A stretch of DNA of 64,000 nt from Alphaproteobacteria bacterium (GCA_047975765.1 JBKEEF010000012.1:84824-148823); one strand, 5' to 3'; shown: positions 48,903-58,312, counted from the stretch's first letter. Made by a program: numbers and translations. The notes: generated from the sequence alone by a model not told the origin.

Positions 48903-50068
48903 TATTCACAAAATCTTCCTGTTCCCTGACAAGTTTCGCACTCAGCTGTGAGTAAATCTCTCAAACTTGGACGACGACGGCTACGCAAAATTTCAACATT
49001 TCCAGCTCTACTCAAACCAACCAAATATCCCATATTAGAGTCTCTCTTCATTTCTTCCGCCAAAACATCCAGTACAGGTTTCAAATATTTATAATCTGAT
49101 GAACCAGCGAAGTCGATAATGATTTTTCCTGAAAGATTACGAAGTCGAATTTGTTTAGCTATTTCAATAGCTGCATCAGCATTCAGACGAGAAATTGAAC
49201 CATTTCCCCTATCATCTCCACTATCCACATCAATAGCCACACATGCTTTGGTCTCTTCGATTGTAATTCTACCACCATTTTTGAGTCTCACTTCTTTCAT
49301 CAAAGCATCATTAATTGCTTCTTCAATACCATATTCCTCAAAAGGCTCTGCTTGATATTCAACTTCAAACTCATCACCATAAGTTTCTTGAATCTCTTTT
49401 TCAACATTGTGTGAATTAACAACAATCTTTTTTAAAGATTTTTTATATGCCTCAATATATGAAAAAAGAACATTTCCTTTGGAATAGAGAAGATAAGGTG
49501 CTTTGTTTTTCTTTGCCTTGTTTCTGATATCTTCATAAATAGCACGAAGCTCAGCCATTTCTTCTTTCAAGTCTTCTAAAGGAGCTTCAACACTAGAAGT
49601 TCTCAAAACCCAACCTTCTTGCCCAGTGGTATGCTCCACAACAAAATCTTTATATTCAGAAGCATTTTCATGTTCTTTGATTTTTGAAGACACAAAAACG
49701 CCCATGGAATATGGTGAATAAACCAAATATTTTCCAGCAAGTTTGATACCGCGAGCAACTTTAGCTCCTTTTTCTTCTCTTGCTTCTTGTAAAACTTGAA
49801 CAATTAGACTCTGACCTTCGGTTAAGTTCTTTTCTTCAATTCCTTGCTCTTCCAAGTTTAAGAAAGCATCTTTATCATCTTTAATGTCAACAAAAAAGCC
49901 AATTTTTCCATTCGCAAGTTCCAATTTATGCGTCAATCTACCAAGGTAAACATCACCTTCAGATACCCTCTTACTGTCACTAAATTCAAGCTCACGCATA
50001 TCTCCGTCTATAAGACAAGCTATTGCTGAAAGACTATCTTTTTTCTCAAATACTAAAGTATCAATCAT
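48902..50068 (-). CDS. rng: ribonuclease E/G family protein (RNase G-like, short form)
   Basis: 388 aa. S1 domain GDVYLGRLTHKLELANGKIGFFVDI. Catalytic DNase-I-like region with acidic residues. Sits at the maf-rng position. Shorter than E. coli RNase G (489 aa). Confidence 0.75.
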   Translation of the reverse strand: MIDTLVFEKKDSLSAIACLIDGDMRELEFSDSKRVSEGDVYLGRLTHKLELANGKIGFFVDIKDDKDAFLNLEEQGIEEKNLTEGQSLIVQVLQEAREEKGAKVARGIKLAGKYLVYSPYSMGVFVSSKIKEHENASEYKDFVVEHTTGQEGWVLRTSSVEAPLEDLKEEMAELRAIYEDIRNKAKKNKAPYLLYSKGNVLFSYIEAYKKSLKKIVVNSHNVEKEIQETYGDEFEVEYQAEPFEEYGIEEAINDALMKEVRLKNGGRITIEETKACVAIDVDSGDDRGNGSISRLNADAAIEIAKQIRLRNLSGKIIIDFAGSSDYKYLKPVLDVLAEEMKRDSNMGYLVGLSRAGNVEILRSRRRPSLRDLLTAECETCQGTGRFCE

Positions 50069-50641
50069 TTATTTTACTCCTGCTCCAATTAACAGATTTC
50101 TGGCTTCAAAGAGGGGCAAACCCACAACACCGGAATATGAACCAATAATTTTTTTCACGAAAGCAGCTAAGCACCCCTCAACTTTATACCCAACAGCACC
50201 TACCCATTCGTGTGTTGCAACATAATCTAAAATTTCCTGTTGTGAGAGTTTTTTCATCAAAATTCTAGTTGCAACAACTCGAACAGACGGCTTTCCACTT
50301 TTATCAATAACACAAACTGAAGTTATAACTTTATGGGCTTTTCCTGAAAGAAGCTCCATCACCTTAGTTTGCTCTTCATCGTTTTTTGATTTATGAAGAA
50401 TGGTTCTACCAACGACAACAATTGTATCGCTTCCCAGAACCACTTCATTTGGATTTTTTTGAGAAATTTTCAAAGCTTTCTCAATAGACATTCGTTTCAC
50501 ATAAGCCGTTGCAGCCTCCCCCTTTTTGACGCTTTCATCGATATCTGCAGGGTCAATTTTTTTTGGAGCATATCCTATTTGTTCAAGAAGATGCTTTCTC
50601 TGAGGAGAGCCTGAGGCTAATATAAAGTCTTTGACTGGCAT
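50069..50641 (-). CDS. maf: Maf-like nucleoside triphosphate pyrophosphatase
   Basis: 190 aa. ILASGSPQRKHLL...VLGSDTIVV is the Maf signature. Confidence 0.85.
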   Translation of the reverse strand: MPVKDFILASGSPQRKHLLEQIGYAPKKIDPADIDESVKKGEAATAYVKRMSIEKALKISQKNPNEVVLGSDTIVVVGRTILHKSKNDEEQTKVMELLSGKAHKVITSVCVIDKSGKPSVRVVATRILMKKLSQQEILDYVATHEWVGAVGYKVEGCLAAFVKKIIGSYSGVVGLPLFEARNLLIGAGVK

Positions 50642-50644
50642 ATC

Positions 50645-51079
50645 CTATATCTTCATAACCTCATCGTCATAAGTTTTTTCCATTCTTTCATGACGTTCTT
50701 GAGCTTCCAAAGAGAGTGTTGCAACCGGTCTTGCTTCAAGTCTTGCCAAACCAATAGGTTCGCCAGTATCTTCGCAAAAACCATATTCACCTTCTTCAAT
50801 TCTTTTCAGAGCAGAGTCAATTTTAGAAATGAGTTTTCTTGCTCTATCTCTTGTTCTGAGTTCCAAAGCTTTATCTGTTTCGACAGAGGCTCTATCATTC
50901 GGGTCTGGTTGATTTAGACCACCCTGACGTAAATCATCTAATGTGTCTTTAGATTGATTAAGCAAAGATTTTTTCCAATTTTCAAGCTTTTGACGAAAAT
51001 ACTCTAAATGAGTTTCGTTCATATATTCTTCATCTTCCGATGGTTGATAATCTGGTGGAAGAATAATTGCTACGCTCAT
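50645..51079 (-). CDS. dksA: DksA/TraR-family RNA polymerase-binding protein (Cys-less zinc-finger variant)
   Basis: Start set to ATG 51079 (AGGAGAGAGG SD). Coiled-coil with conserved DxxDxA tip region (DPNDRASVETD). The C-terminal region GEPIGLARLEARPVATLSLEAQE aligns to the DksA zinc finger but with no Cys. Confidence 0.7.
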   Translation of the reverse strand: MSVAIILPPDYQPSEDEEYMNETHLEYFRQKLENWKKSLLNQSKDTLDDLRQGGLNQPDPNDRASVETDKALELRTRDRARKLISKIDSALKRIEEGEYGFCEDTGEPIGLARLEARPVATLSLEAQERHERMEKTYDDEVMKI

Positions 51080-51175
51080 GCCTCTCTCCTTAAATTTATA
51101 AAAATTAATAAAATGATTTATGAAAAAATAAACATTTACCTCATTAACTGCAAGCAAAAAAACGTACTTATTAAG

Positions 51176-51595
51176 CTATTTCATCAATTTGGCGAGTTCC
51201 ACCTCAACTCTCAGCTCTATTTCTTCAACAATCTCCAATAATCTATCATCTGACGTGCTTGTTTTTTGCTCTTTGACAAACCTTGAAATCTCTACAAGTT
51301 TATCTCTTGAAATATAGCCATCCAACAAAGCATCTCTAATGTTTTCCAATTTTTCAAGCAATGTATTTGCTCTTTTTATTAGCTTTTTCTTTTTTTCTTT
51401 CTCTTCTTCTTCACCCACCATTTGAGTCGCAAAAAGAGCTTCATTCATAGCTAATCCTGAAGATTTAGCTGTCACAGAAATGCCTTCTTTTTTCTCAACA
51501 CCTGTTAAATAAGATGAAAAACCTTCTCCACCTGAAGATTTTTTAACTTTTCCAGTAGCAACATCTGTTGATTTATTGATTTCTTTCACAAACAT
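51176..51595 (-). CDS. hypothetical protein (139 aa) upstream of dksA, adjacent to a pilin-like gene
   Basis: ORF. Glu/Lys-rich central region. No confident family. Confidence 0.45.
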   Translation of the reverse strand: MFVKEINKSTDVATGKVKKSSGGEGFSSYLTGVEKKEGISVTAKSSGLAMNEALFATQMVGEEEEKEKKKKLIKRANTLLEKLENIRDALLDGYISRDKLVEISRFVKEQKTSTSDDRLLEIVEEIELRVEVELAKLMK

Positions 51596-51600
51596 TTCAT

Positions 51601-52167
51601 TTACTCAAAAGTCAGAACAAGTTTATTTGTATTTTCAGTTGAACACTTTGCCATTGCTTCATTTATCTGAAGTGGAAGTGTATTTTGTGCAGCCGTTTGG
51701 CTCCATCCATATGTTGTTCCTGAAGCACCTGTTGTTCCTGCAACAGCAATTGACACAAGTGTAGTTGTTTCATCCACACGCCAATCCATTGTTGCCAAGT
51801 CAGTGCAAACAACCTTGGGAAGATTTGTAATTGTCAAAACATAATAAGCATTGGTTCCTGAGATTTTCATCTCACCACCAAAAGCATGATAAAACTTGCC
51901 ACCAGACACCATTTCTGTCGGTACGACTTTATCATCTATCAACGCCTGATTAGTTATCCCAGAATAGGACCCTACAGCCAAATATCTTGCTGAAATCCTC
52001 TTTCTAATTTCGCTAACTTGTTGGATGACCTTACTAATTTTATATTTTTTGTAGGCACCATTCACTGCAGACATAAGTGAAATTGCAATAACAGAAATAA
52101 CAGAGAGAACTAAAATTGTTTCCAACATTGTTCTACCAAGCTCATTTATCTTTTTATGCTTAATCAT
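51601..52167 (-). CDS. prepilin-type N-terminal cleavage/methylation domain protein (type IV pilin / pseudopilin-like)
   Basis: Start at ATG 52167 (GAGGA SD). Leader MIKHKKINELG followed by RTMLETILVLSVISVIAISL. Gly at -1 and Glu at +5 fit a prepilin peptidase site. Confidence 0.5.
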   Translation of the reverse strand: MIKHKKINELGRTMLETILVLSVISVIAISLMSAVNGAYKKYKISKVIQQVSEIRKRISARYLAVGSYSGITNQALIDDKVVPTEMVSGGKFYHAFGGEMKISGTNAYYVLTITNLPKVVCTDLATMDWRVDETTTLVSIAVAGTTGASGTTYGWSQTAAQNTLPLQINEAMAKCSTENTNKLVLTFE

Positions 52168-52374
52168 GCTATCCTCAATAAAAACAATAAATTCTTTATT
52201 TTCCATAATTTAGCCAAGAGTAGCATTAATTTATTAGCAAAACAATAATATTATGTTTTTTTTAATTATTCTGTTATAACTATTTTTTTCTAAAAGGTTT
52301 CTTTAAAAACCAAAATCAGGTCTTATATTATGTCTTGTTAACTTTAAGATATTAACTTTTAAGGAGTAATAATT

Positions 52375-52955
52375 ATGAAAAAGACTATTGGCGCTTTGAT
52401 GGTTGCTGTTTCCGCTCTTGCTTTGTCTGCTGATGCAAAAGCAGCTCCAAATTTTGAGCATAATTTCAAACCTTATGTTGGTTTTGACTATTCATATACA
52501 ACGACATCTGTTAAAAATACGGCTAGACCATATTTTAACTCTGGTAAAATCAACGTTGGTACAGATTACAGCAAATATTTTGGTACAGAATTATTCTACC
52601 AATATTCAGACAAATACAAAAAAAGCGAAGCTGGAAACAAATATAATAATAAATTCCAAGCTTATGGTTTAGACTTGTATGGCTACCTCCCTATTAAACT
52701 GAAACACTTGGTGTTCACACAAACTTCAGTTTGATTGGTACAACAGGTTTTGGGTTCTATAAATTAACCTCTAAAACTCACACAACATCTAAAGCGCATG
52801 ACAATGGATATGGCTTCCGTTTTGGTACTGGTATTCAGTATGATATCAACGAAAAACTCGCAGTTAGAGCTCTTTATCGTCAAATCCAAACAGATCAGCT
52901 TTATCACATTAACCACTTCGCAGAATATTCAGTTGGTCTTAAATATTCATTCTAA
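52375..52955 (+). pseudogene. paralog of the 2407..2967 small OMP, split by a +1 frameshift near 52696-52734
   Basis: ORFs 52375..52734 and 52731..52955 together align end-to-end with the 186-aa OMP (signal peptide, YVGFDYS, LYGYLPI, C-terminal GLKYSF). A single A insertion at aaa (52696-52698) restores one roughly 193-aa ORF. Confidence 0.55.
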
Positions 52956-53025
52956 GCGAATGGAATTCATAAAAGGAAGAGAATTTCTCTTCCTTTTTTC
53001 TTTTTTAAATTCTATAAATTGAAAT

Positions 53026-54192
53026 ATGAAAAAATTTGATGTTGTCATTATCGGAGGAGGAGCTTCCGGATTTTCCTGTGCTGCTCAAGCTTTAAAGCTT
53101 GGCAAAACAGTGGCTATTCTGGAACATAACCTTCAACCATTGAAGAAAGTGAAAATATCTGGTGGTGGAAGATGCAATTTTACAAACCTAAATACAGCTC
53201 CTGAAAAATATTTATGTTCAAAAGGTGATTTTGTTAAACATGCTTTGCAAATATTTTCACCTCAAAAAATAATTTCTCTCATGCAAAAACATCACATTCC
53301 TTTTGCCGAAAAAGAACTAGGGCAACTTTTCACAAAAACTTCTTCACAAGATATTATTGATGCACTTATCAAAGAAGCTGAAAAAGCAAAAACATTCTAT
53401 GGAATTGAAATTGAAACTGTTGAAAAAAGTGATGGCATCTTCAAAATTAGAACAAAGATTGACCTTTTTGAAGCTAAATCACTTGTCATTGCCACAGGAG
53501 GAATGTCCTATCAAAATATTGGAGCAGGAGATTTGGGATATCGTATTGCAAAACAATTCGGCCTGAAAATCATTCCATACCGCCCTGCACTTGTACCTTT
53601 TAACTTAGATAATGAACTGATGAAAAAAACCATCAAACTCAAAGGAATTGCTTTAGATTGTCTCGTGGAATGTGATGATAGAAAATTTAGAAACAACATC
53701 TTATTTACACACTTCGGAATTTCTGGACCAGCGATCCTTCAAGCATCTCTCTATTGGCTCAAAGATATGCCTGTTCGTTTGAACTTTTTACCTGAAACAG
53801 ATTTGTTTGAATTCTTAAAACAACAAAGAGAAACTGCAAAGAAGAAAAAAATCAGTTCAATTCTCAAGCAATTTTTTCCTGAAAGATTTGTCGAATTTCT
53901 TGTTGAGGAAAGAGATATATTCATTTCAGAAACATCCAATAAACAACTCAAAGAAATATCTCAAAAAGTCAATCAATTCACTTTCACACCGATTGGCACA
54001 CAAGGCTTCAAATTAGCAGAAGTCACCGCAGGTGGGGTCGACACAGATGAAATTGATACAAAAACTTTTGAGTCAAAGAAAATAAAAGGCTTGTATTTTA
54101 TTGGGGAAGTGCTAGATGTTGCAGGACAATTAGGAGGATATAACCTCCAATGGGCTTGGGCAAGTGGCTTTTGTGCTGGCGAAAATTTATAA
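53026..54192 (+). CDS. NAD(P)/FAD-dependent oxidoreductase, HI0933/BaiN-like flavoprotein family
   Basis: 388 aa. MKKFDVVIIGGGASGFSCA dinucleotide-binding motif. KISGGGRCNFTN family signature. Confidence 0.8.
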   Translation: MKKFDVVIIGGGASGFSCAAQALKLGKTVAILEHNLQPLKKVKISGGGRCNFTNLNTAPEKYLCSKGDFVKHALQIFSPQKIISLMQKHHIPFAEKELGQLFTKTSSQDIIDALIKEAEKAKTFYGIEIETVEKSDGIFKIRTKIDLFEAKSLVIATGGMSYQNIGAGDLGYRIAKQFGLKIIPYRPALVPFNLDNELMKKTIKLKGIALDCLVECDDRKFRNNILFTHFGISGPAILQASLYWLKDMPVRLNFLPETDLFEFLKQQRETAKKKKISSILKQFFPERFVEFLVEERDIFISETSNKQLKEISQKVNQFTFTPIGTQGFKLAEVTAGGVDTDEIDTKTFESKKIKGLYFIGEVLDVAGQLGGYNLQWAWASGFCAGENL

Positions 54193-54210
54193 AAAAACAA
54201 GGAGTTTATA

Positions 54211-54747
54211 ATGAAAAAAACTTTATTAATTGTGATTATTTTAGCAGTAGCAGGATTTTTCTTTCAAAAGCACTATAAAATCGAAATATTCCCTCAGGCA
54301 CCAATGAATGAATCCGAGAAAGCTGCCGAAGAAAAACCAGTGGCTTATGTCAATGAAAATAAGTTTGTTCCTGAAGTTAAGTTTGATAGCAATGTTCGTT
54401 CATTCAAAACTCAAGAACTCAATGCTGATTGTGAGGGTGACCCTGCAATTTGCGCTGTTGACTTAGCTGTTAAATGTAGTGTGAATCCAAAACTTGATTT
54501 TTGTGACAAGAAACGACTCCCACGCTTTGTTTTCATGGAAGACGAGAGTCTTGGCCGCCCAACTTATGTGAATTATAAAGTTTTGAAAATTCATCCTATT
54601 GATGCATCCACCGTTGAAGTTCAAACAGAAAGCACTTGTGACGGCCTCTGGTTTGGTCTTTGCAATGGTAATATCATTTATGTTGTAAATAAAGATTCAA
54701 AAGGTTGGAAAGTCAATGAAATCTATGCCTTGGAACGCTATATCTAA
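54211..54747 (+). CDS. hypothetical secreted/membrane-anchored Cys-rich protein
   Basis: 178 aa. N-terminal hydrophobic segment. Eight Cys in the mature part. Confidence 0.45.
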   Translation: MKKTLLIVIILAVAGFFFQKHYKIEIFPQAPMNESEKAAEEKPVAYVNENKFVPEVKFDSNVRSFKTQELNADCEGDPAICAVDLAVKCSVNPKLDFCDKKRLPRFVFMEDESLGRPTYVNYKVLKIHPIDASTVEVQTESTCDGLWFGLCNGNIIYVVNKDSKGWKVNEIYALERYI

Positions 54748-54844
54748 TTGAAATTGATAGACTAAATTTATATTGACTTAGGAACCTAGTTTTTGTTAAA
54801 CTGGATGTTGGACTGCAATTCTCATAAACATAAGGGATTTATAT

Positions 54845-55528
54845 ATGTTTGAAAAAAAAGTTATCATTTGGGATTTAGATAATACGCTTTATAGAGTCAC
54901 TGAAGAATTTGGACACAGACTCGATGAAACAATGGCAAAAGTTTCCATTGAAGAGCTTGGGCTAGATCTTGACTTTGAAACTGCTCTAGAAAAAGTGAAG
55001 GAATCTTTTGCAAAGTATCGTGATGGTGGAGAGATTTTTTATCGAGACCATGGCATTAGCATTGAAGACTTCTATCATGCCTACCATAACAATGTCCCAT
55101 ACGAAGAAATCGTTCCTTATGATGGTCTATATGAGCTTCTTTCAAAGATCGAAGTTGAACAATATATCTTCACATATAGCAGTAGAGATTTAGCAGAAAA
55201 AATTCTCAAGAAAATTGGTCTTTATGAAATTTTCAAAGACAGATTCTATTCTGTTGAAGACTTTGGATCTTTCAAAAAAAATGAAAGCTGCGATATTTAT
55301 CATGATTTATGTGTAGCAATCAAACATGACCCTAAAGATTGCCTCTTTGTTGATGACAGTTATTCCAATCTGGAATTTGCAAAAGAAGCTGGTATGACAA
55401 CCGTTCGCCTCTTCTATAACAGCAATTCATCAAAAGACAAAGAATATATTGATCATGCCTATAAAGGGATTTTTGCTTTCTTAAAAGACTATGAAAAAGC
55501 GTGTCCAAGTAAAAAAAGAGCAGGATAA
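54845..55528 (+). CDS. HAD-superfamily hydrolase (subfamily IA, pyrimidine 5'-nucleotidase-like)
   Basis: 227 aa. Motif I IIWDLDNTLY. Motif IV FVDDSYSN. Confidence 0.7.
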   Translation: MFEKKVIIWDLDNTLYRVTEEFGHRLDETMAKVSIEELGLDLDFETALEKVKESFAKYRDGGEIFYRDHGISIEDFYHAYHNNVPYEEIVPYDGLYELLSKIEVEQYIFTYSSRDLAEKILKKIGLYEIFKDRFYSVEDFGSFKKNESCDIYHDLCVAIKHDPKDCLFVDDSYSNLEFAKEAGMTTVRLFYNSNSSKDKEYIDHAYKGIFAFLKDYEKACPSKKRAG

Positions 55529-55551
55529 TTAAAAGTGAGACCAAATATTTT

Positions 55552-56250
55552 TTATTTGGTTTCTTTTTTGCAAATTTCGCCCTCCATTTGGTAGTTTTCC
55601 ATATTATCTAGTTTGCTTTGTTCTTTTTTTAGCTCTGCTTTGAAAACTTTAACCATTGGTTCAATTTGAGCGATATATGCTTTGGTGATTTTATTATTCA
55701 CCTCGACAAGCTCTCTCAAACTTGTTGTTTTTTCCGCACCAACCTCTTTAGAAACCTCAGGAAGAACATCTCTAATTTTAGCAACAAAATGCTCCAGAGC
55801 TGTTACGTTGATTTGCTGATGAGCCTGCTCATGTCTTAAGACCATATTATATTCACAAGTGTTTTCTTGAAGCCCTTTTGATATATATATGACAGGGTCT
55901 TCATAACCGATATAAAGATTGAGTTTCATTGGGATAATACAAACTTCTCCCCCTTCATTTGAAACTCTATTGATGGTATCAACCGAGATTTCCCAATTGA
56001 TTTTAACTGTTGACAGTCCTGCTGCAAAAAGTCCTTTTTCAACCACACCAAATTCACCACCAACTTCTGTCAATTCTTCTTTAGTTTTTGATCTGTCATA
56101 GACTAAATTTCCATAAGATGTTTGAAAATTGATTTCTGGTTGAGGTACAATATCTTCACAAGAAACTTCTTCTGCAAAAACACTATTTGATTTTATGCAA
56201 AAAAGTGATAAAAATATAAATGTTGAAACAATTTTTGTCATAGAATTCAA
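55552..56250 (-). CDS. secreted hypothetical protein with HExxH motif (putative zinc peptidase, DUF922-like)
   Basis: 232 aa. Signal peptide. LRHEQAHQQI contains HEQAH. Confidence 0.4.
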   Translation of the reverse strand: MNSMTKIVSTFIFLSLFCIKSNSVFAEEVSCEDIVPQPEINFQTSYGNLVYDRSKTKEELTEVGGEFGVVEKGLFAAGLSTVKINWEISVDTINRVSNEGGEVCIIPMKLNLYIGYEDPVIYISKGLQENTCEYNMVLRHEQAHQQINVTALEHFVAKIRDVLPEVSKEVGAEKTTSLRELVEVNNKITKAYIAQIEPMVKVFKAELKKEQSKLDNMENYQMEGEICKKETK

Positions 56251-56288
56251 TATAAAAAACGTTAAACACTCTAGGAATATTAAGATAA

Positions 56289-56807
56289 ATGAAAAAAAGC
56301 ATTTTTACAACATCCATTTTCATCTTTTTGACACTTATTTCCTCGTTTGCACTTGCGCAAGGAAGATATGTTAGAAAACAAATCAAACCAAGTGTTTATA
56401 TTCCAAATTCAGCTTTGGATAAACAAGAGAAACTTCCTGAATTTTATTATCCAACTCAAAACAATCTTAAAGAGGCAATTAAAGATTTTTCTGATGAAGA
56501 AACAAAAGTTATTGAGGTAAAGACAGAATATGTTCCTGCACCAGAAAAGACTGTAAAAGTTAATAAAGAATCAGTTGAAACACCAACTCCCGTTGAAAGC
56601 AACAAGTTTTCAGAAATGATTTTGGCTCAAAATTCTGATATCCCCCCTCTTTACACTCTGAAATATGATGAATATATTAGTGACCTAAAAATTATTGCAG
56701 AAACAAGTAATATTCCTGATAATCAGCTTCTTAAACAAGATTTAGCAAAAATGAGTTCCAATGAAAAAATCAAGGTAGATAAAAAATTTGGCAATTTACC
56801 AAAATAA
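56289..56807 (+). CDS. hypothetical secreted protein
   Basis: 172 aa. Signal peptide MKKSIFTTSIFIFLTLISSFALA. Confidence 0.45.
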   Translation: MKKSIFTTSIFIFLTLISSFALAQGRYVRKQIKPSVYIPNSALDKQEKLPEFYYPTQNNLKEAIKDFSDEETKVIEVKTEYVPAPEKTVKVNKESVETPTPVESNKFSEMILAQNSDIPPLYTLKYDEYISDLKIIAETSNIPDNQLLKQDLAKMSSNEKIKVDKKFGNLPK

Positions 56808-56971
56808 AGGTTTGACAAAAACTCAAAATAAGATAGATTTTTATCAGAGGTTTTAAATATGAATGAATTAAATTTTAACATTTTAACTAAATTGGGCCGA
56901 CGCCTTCGTACTCGTGGATATAATCTGCGACGATAATTTGTGCCTTTTTCACAAGACAACAATATCGTAGC

Positions 56972-57002
56972 AGAGGTTTGAAAATTCAAGCCTCTTTTTT
57001 TG
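56972..57002 (+). terminator. strong rho-independent terminator
   Basis: GAGGTTTGAAaaTTCAAGCCTC (one G-U) followed by T7. Confidence 0.7.
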
Positions 57003-57009
57003 CCCAATT

Positions 57010-57777
57010 TTGAAAGATGATAAAATTATGACACAACTTAAAGCTAAAAAGCTCACAGAACAAAATATTAAAGACATTATGGCGCTTCAAAAGACCATTA
57101 CTGAAAACTTGCATCCTGATGAGCAACATTTCATTTGCAAAAAGTCTGAGCAAGAATTTATGAAAACACTCAAAAGTGAAGAAAACTATGTACTTGGTGT
57201 TTTTGATCAAGACAATCTCATTGCGCAATCCACACTTTATATGCCTAAAAATGGCAAAGAGAGAGAGATGAGTGAATATGAAGATCAACTAGCCAATGAA
57301 GATGTTGCCATTTATAAAACAATTTTGGTTAGCCCTCATTACAGAAAACATGGCTTGATGAAAAAAATGTTGGAAACATTTGAAACACTAGATGAAGTCA
57401 AAGCAAAGAAAGCTGCTTTAATTCAAATTGCTGTTGAAAATCCTTCAAGCTGGGTCAACGCACTTAAGCATGGCATGAAAATCACAAAAGTTGCCAAGGA
57501 CCCTGAAGATGATGCTATGGTTTTATATATGAAAAAAGCATTTGATACAAAACATGAGGAAAAAGTTGTTGCTGGGGAAGGATATGCTTTAAATATAAAT
57601 GAGCAACTCTTAAAGCACCCACAAATTCTCTTCAACAAAATGACCCTTGTCTCAGAAAATATGGTTGGCGGAATCTGGGACAAAGAAACTAAATCAATCA
57701 TTTGGCAACAAAAAGCCAAACAAAATACCAACCAACACCAATATACATATATTAAGGAGAAAGCTAATGCTAGATAA
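57010..57777 (+). CDS. GNAT-family N-acetyltransferase
   Basis: 255 aa. Motif A region VSPHYRKHGLMKKML. Confidence 0.6.
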   Translation: MKDDKIMTQLKAKKLTEQNIKDIMALQKTITENLHPDEQHFICKKSEQEFMKTLKSEENYVLGVFDQDNLIAQSTLYMPKNGKEREMSEYEDQLANEDVAIYKTILVSPHYRKHGLMKKMLETFETLDEVKAKKAALIQIAVENPSSWVNALKHGMKITKVAKDPEDDAMVLYMKKAFDTKHEEKVVAGEGYALNINEQLLKHPQILFNKMTLVSENMVGGIWDKETKSIIWQQKAKQNTNQHQYTYIKEKANAR

Positions 57778-58312
57778 GCTAAATCTTCCCGAGATTGTGG
57801 AAACAAAAGACTGCGTTGCTGTTCGCAGAATTCATAAATATAACAAAGAAATGTTTGAAGCCGTTGATAAAAACAGAAATTTCTTAAGAGAATATCTCTT
57901 TTGGGTAGATGGCACAAACGCACTTGAAGATGTGGAGAAAACAACAGATTTTTTCATATCTCAATGGGATGAAGGTATAAATTATGCCTATATCATCACA
58001 GATAAAAATGACAAACTTTTAGGAATGATTGACCTTCATGCTGTAGATTATAAAAATAGAAATGCAGAATTTGGATATTGGCTAAGCCAAAATGTAAATG
58101 GGAAAGGCTATATCAGTCAGATTTTACAAGCTTTAGAAAAGCTGGCTTTTGAACAAGGTTTAGTCAGAATTTATATTCGTTGCGATGTTGCAAACACATC
58201 TTCAAATAATGTATGCATTAGAAATGGATATGAATTTGAAGGTTGCATGAAAAAACTTCTAAATACTTATGGTGAATTTCACGACTGCAATATTTATGCA
58301 AAAACAATCTAA
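57767..58312 (+). CDS. GNAT-family N-acetyltransferase (RimJ/RimL-like)
   Basis: Start ATG 57767 with an AAGGAG SD, 11 nt overlap with the upstream GNAT. NAEFGYWLSQNVNGKGYISQIL is the GNAT core. Confidence 0.7.
   Translation: MLDKLNLPEIVETKDCVAVRRIHKYNKEMFEAVDKNRNFLREYLFWVDGTNALEDVEKTTDFFISQWDEGINYAYIITDKNDKLLGMIDLHAVDYKNRNAEFGYWLSQNVNGKGYISQILQALEKLAFEQGLVRIYIRCDVANTSSNNVCIRNGYEFEGCMKKLLNTYGEFHDCNIYAKTI

Noticed and set aside
52375-52955. Two separate small OMP genes (119 aa + 74 aa)
   Set aside because: Together they align collinearly with a single 186-aa paralog. The second piece has only a TTG start inside the first ORF's 3' end, so a frameshifted single gene is more likely.
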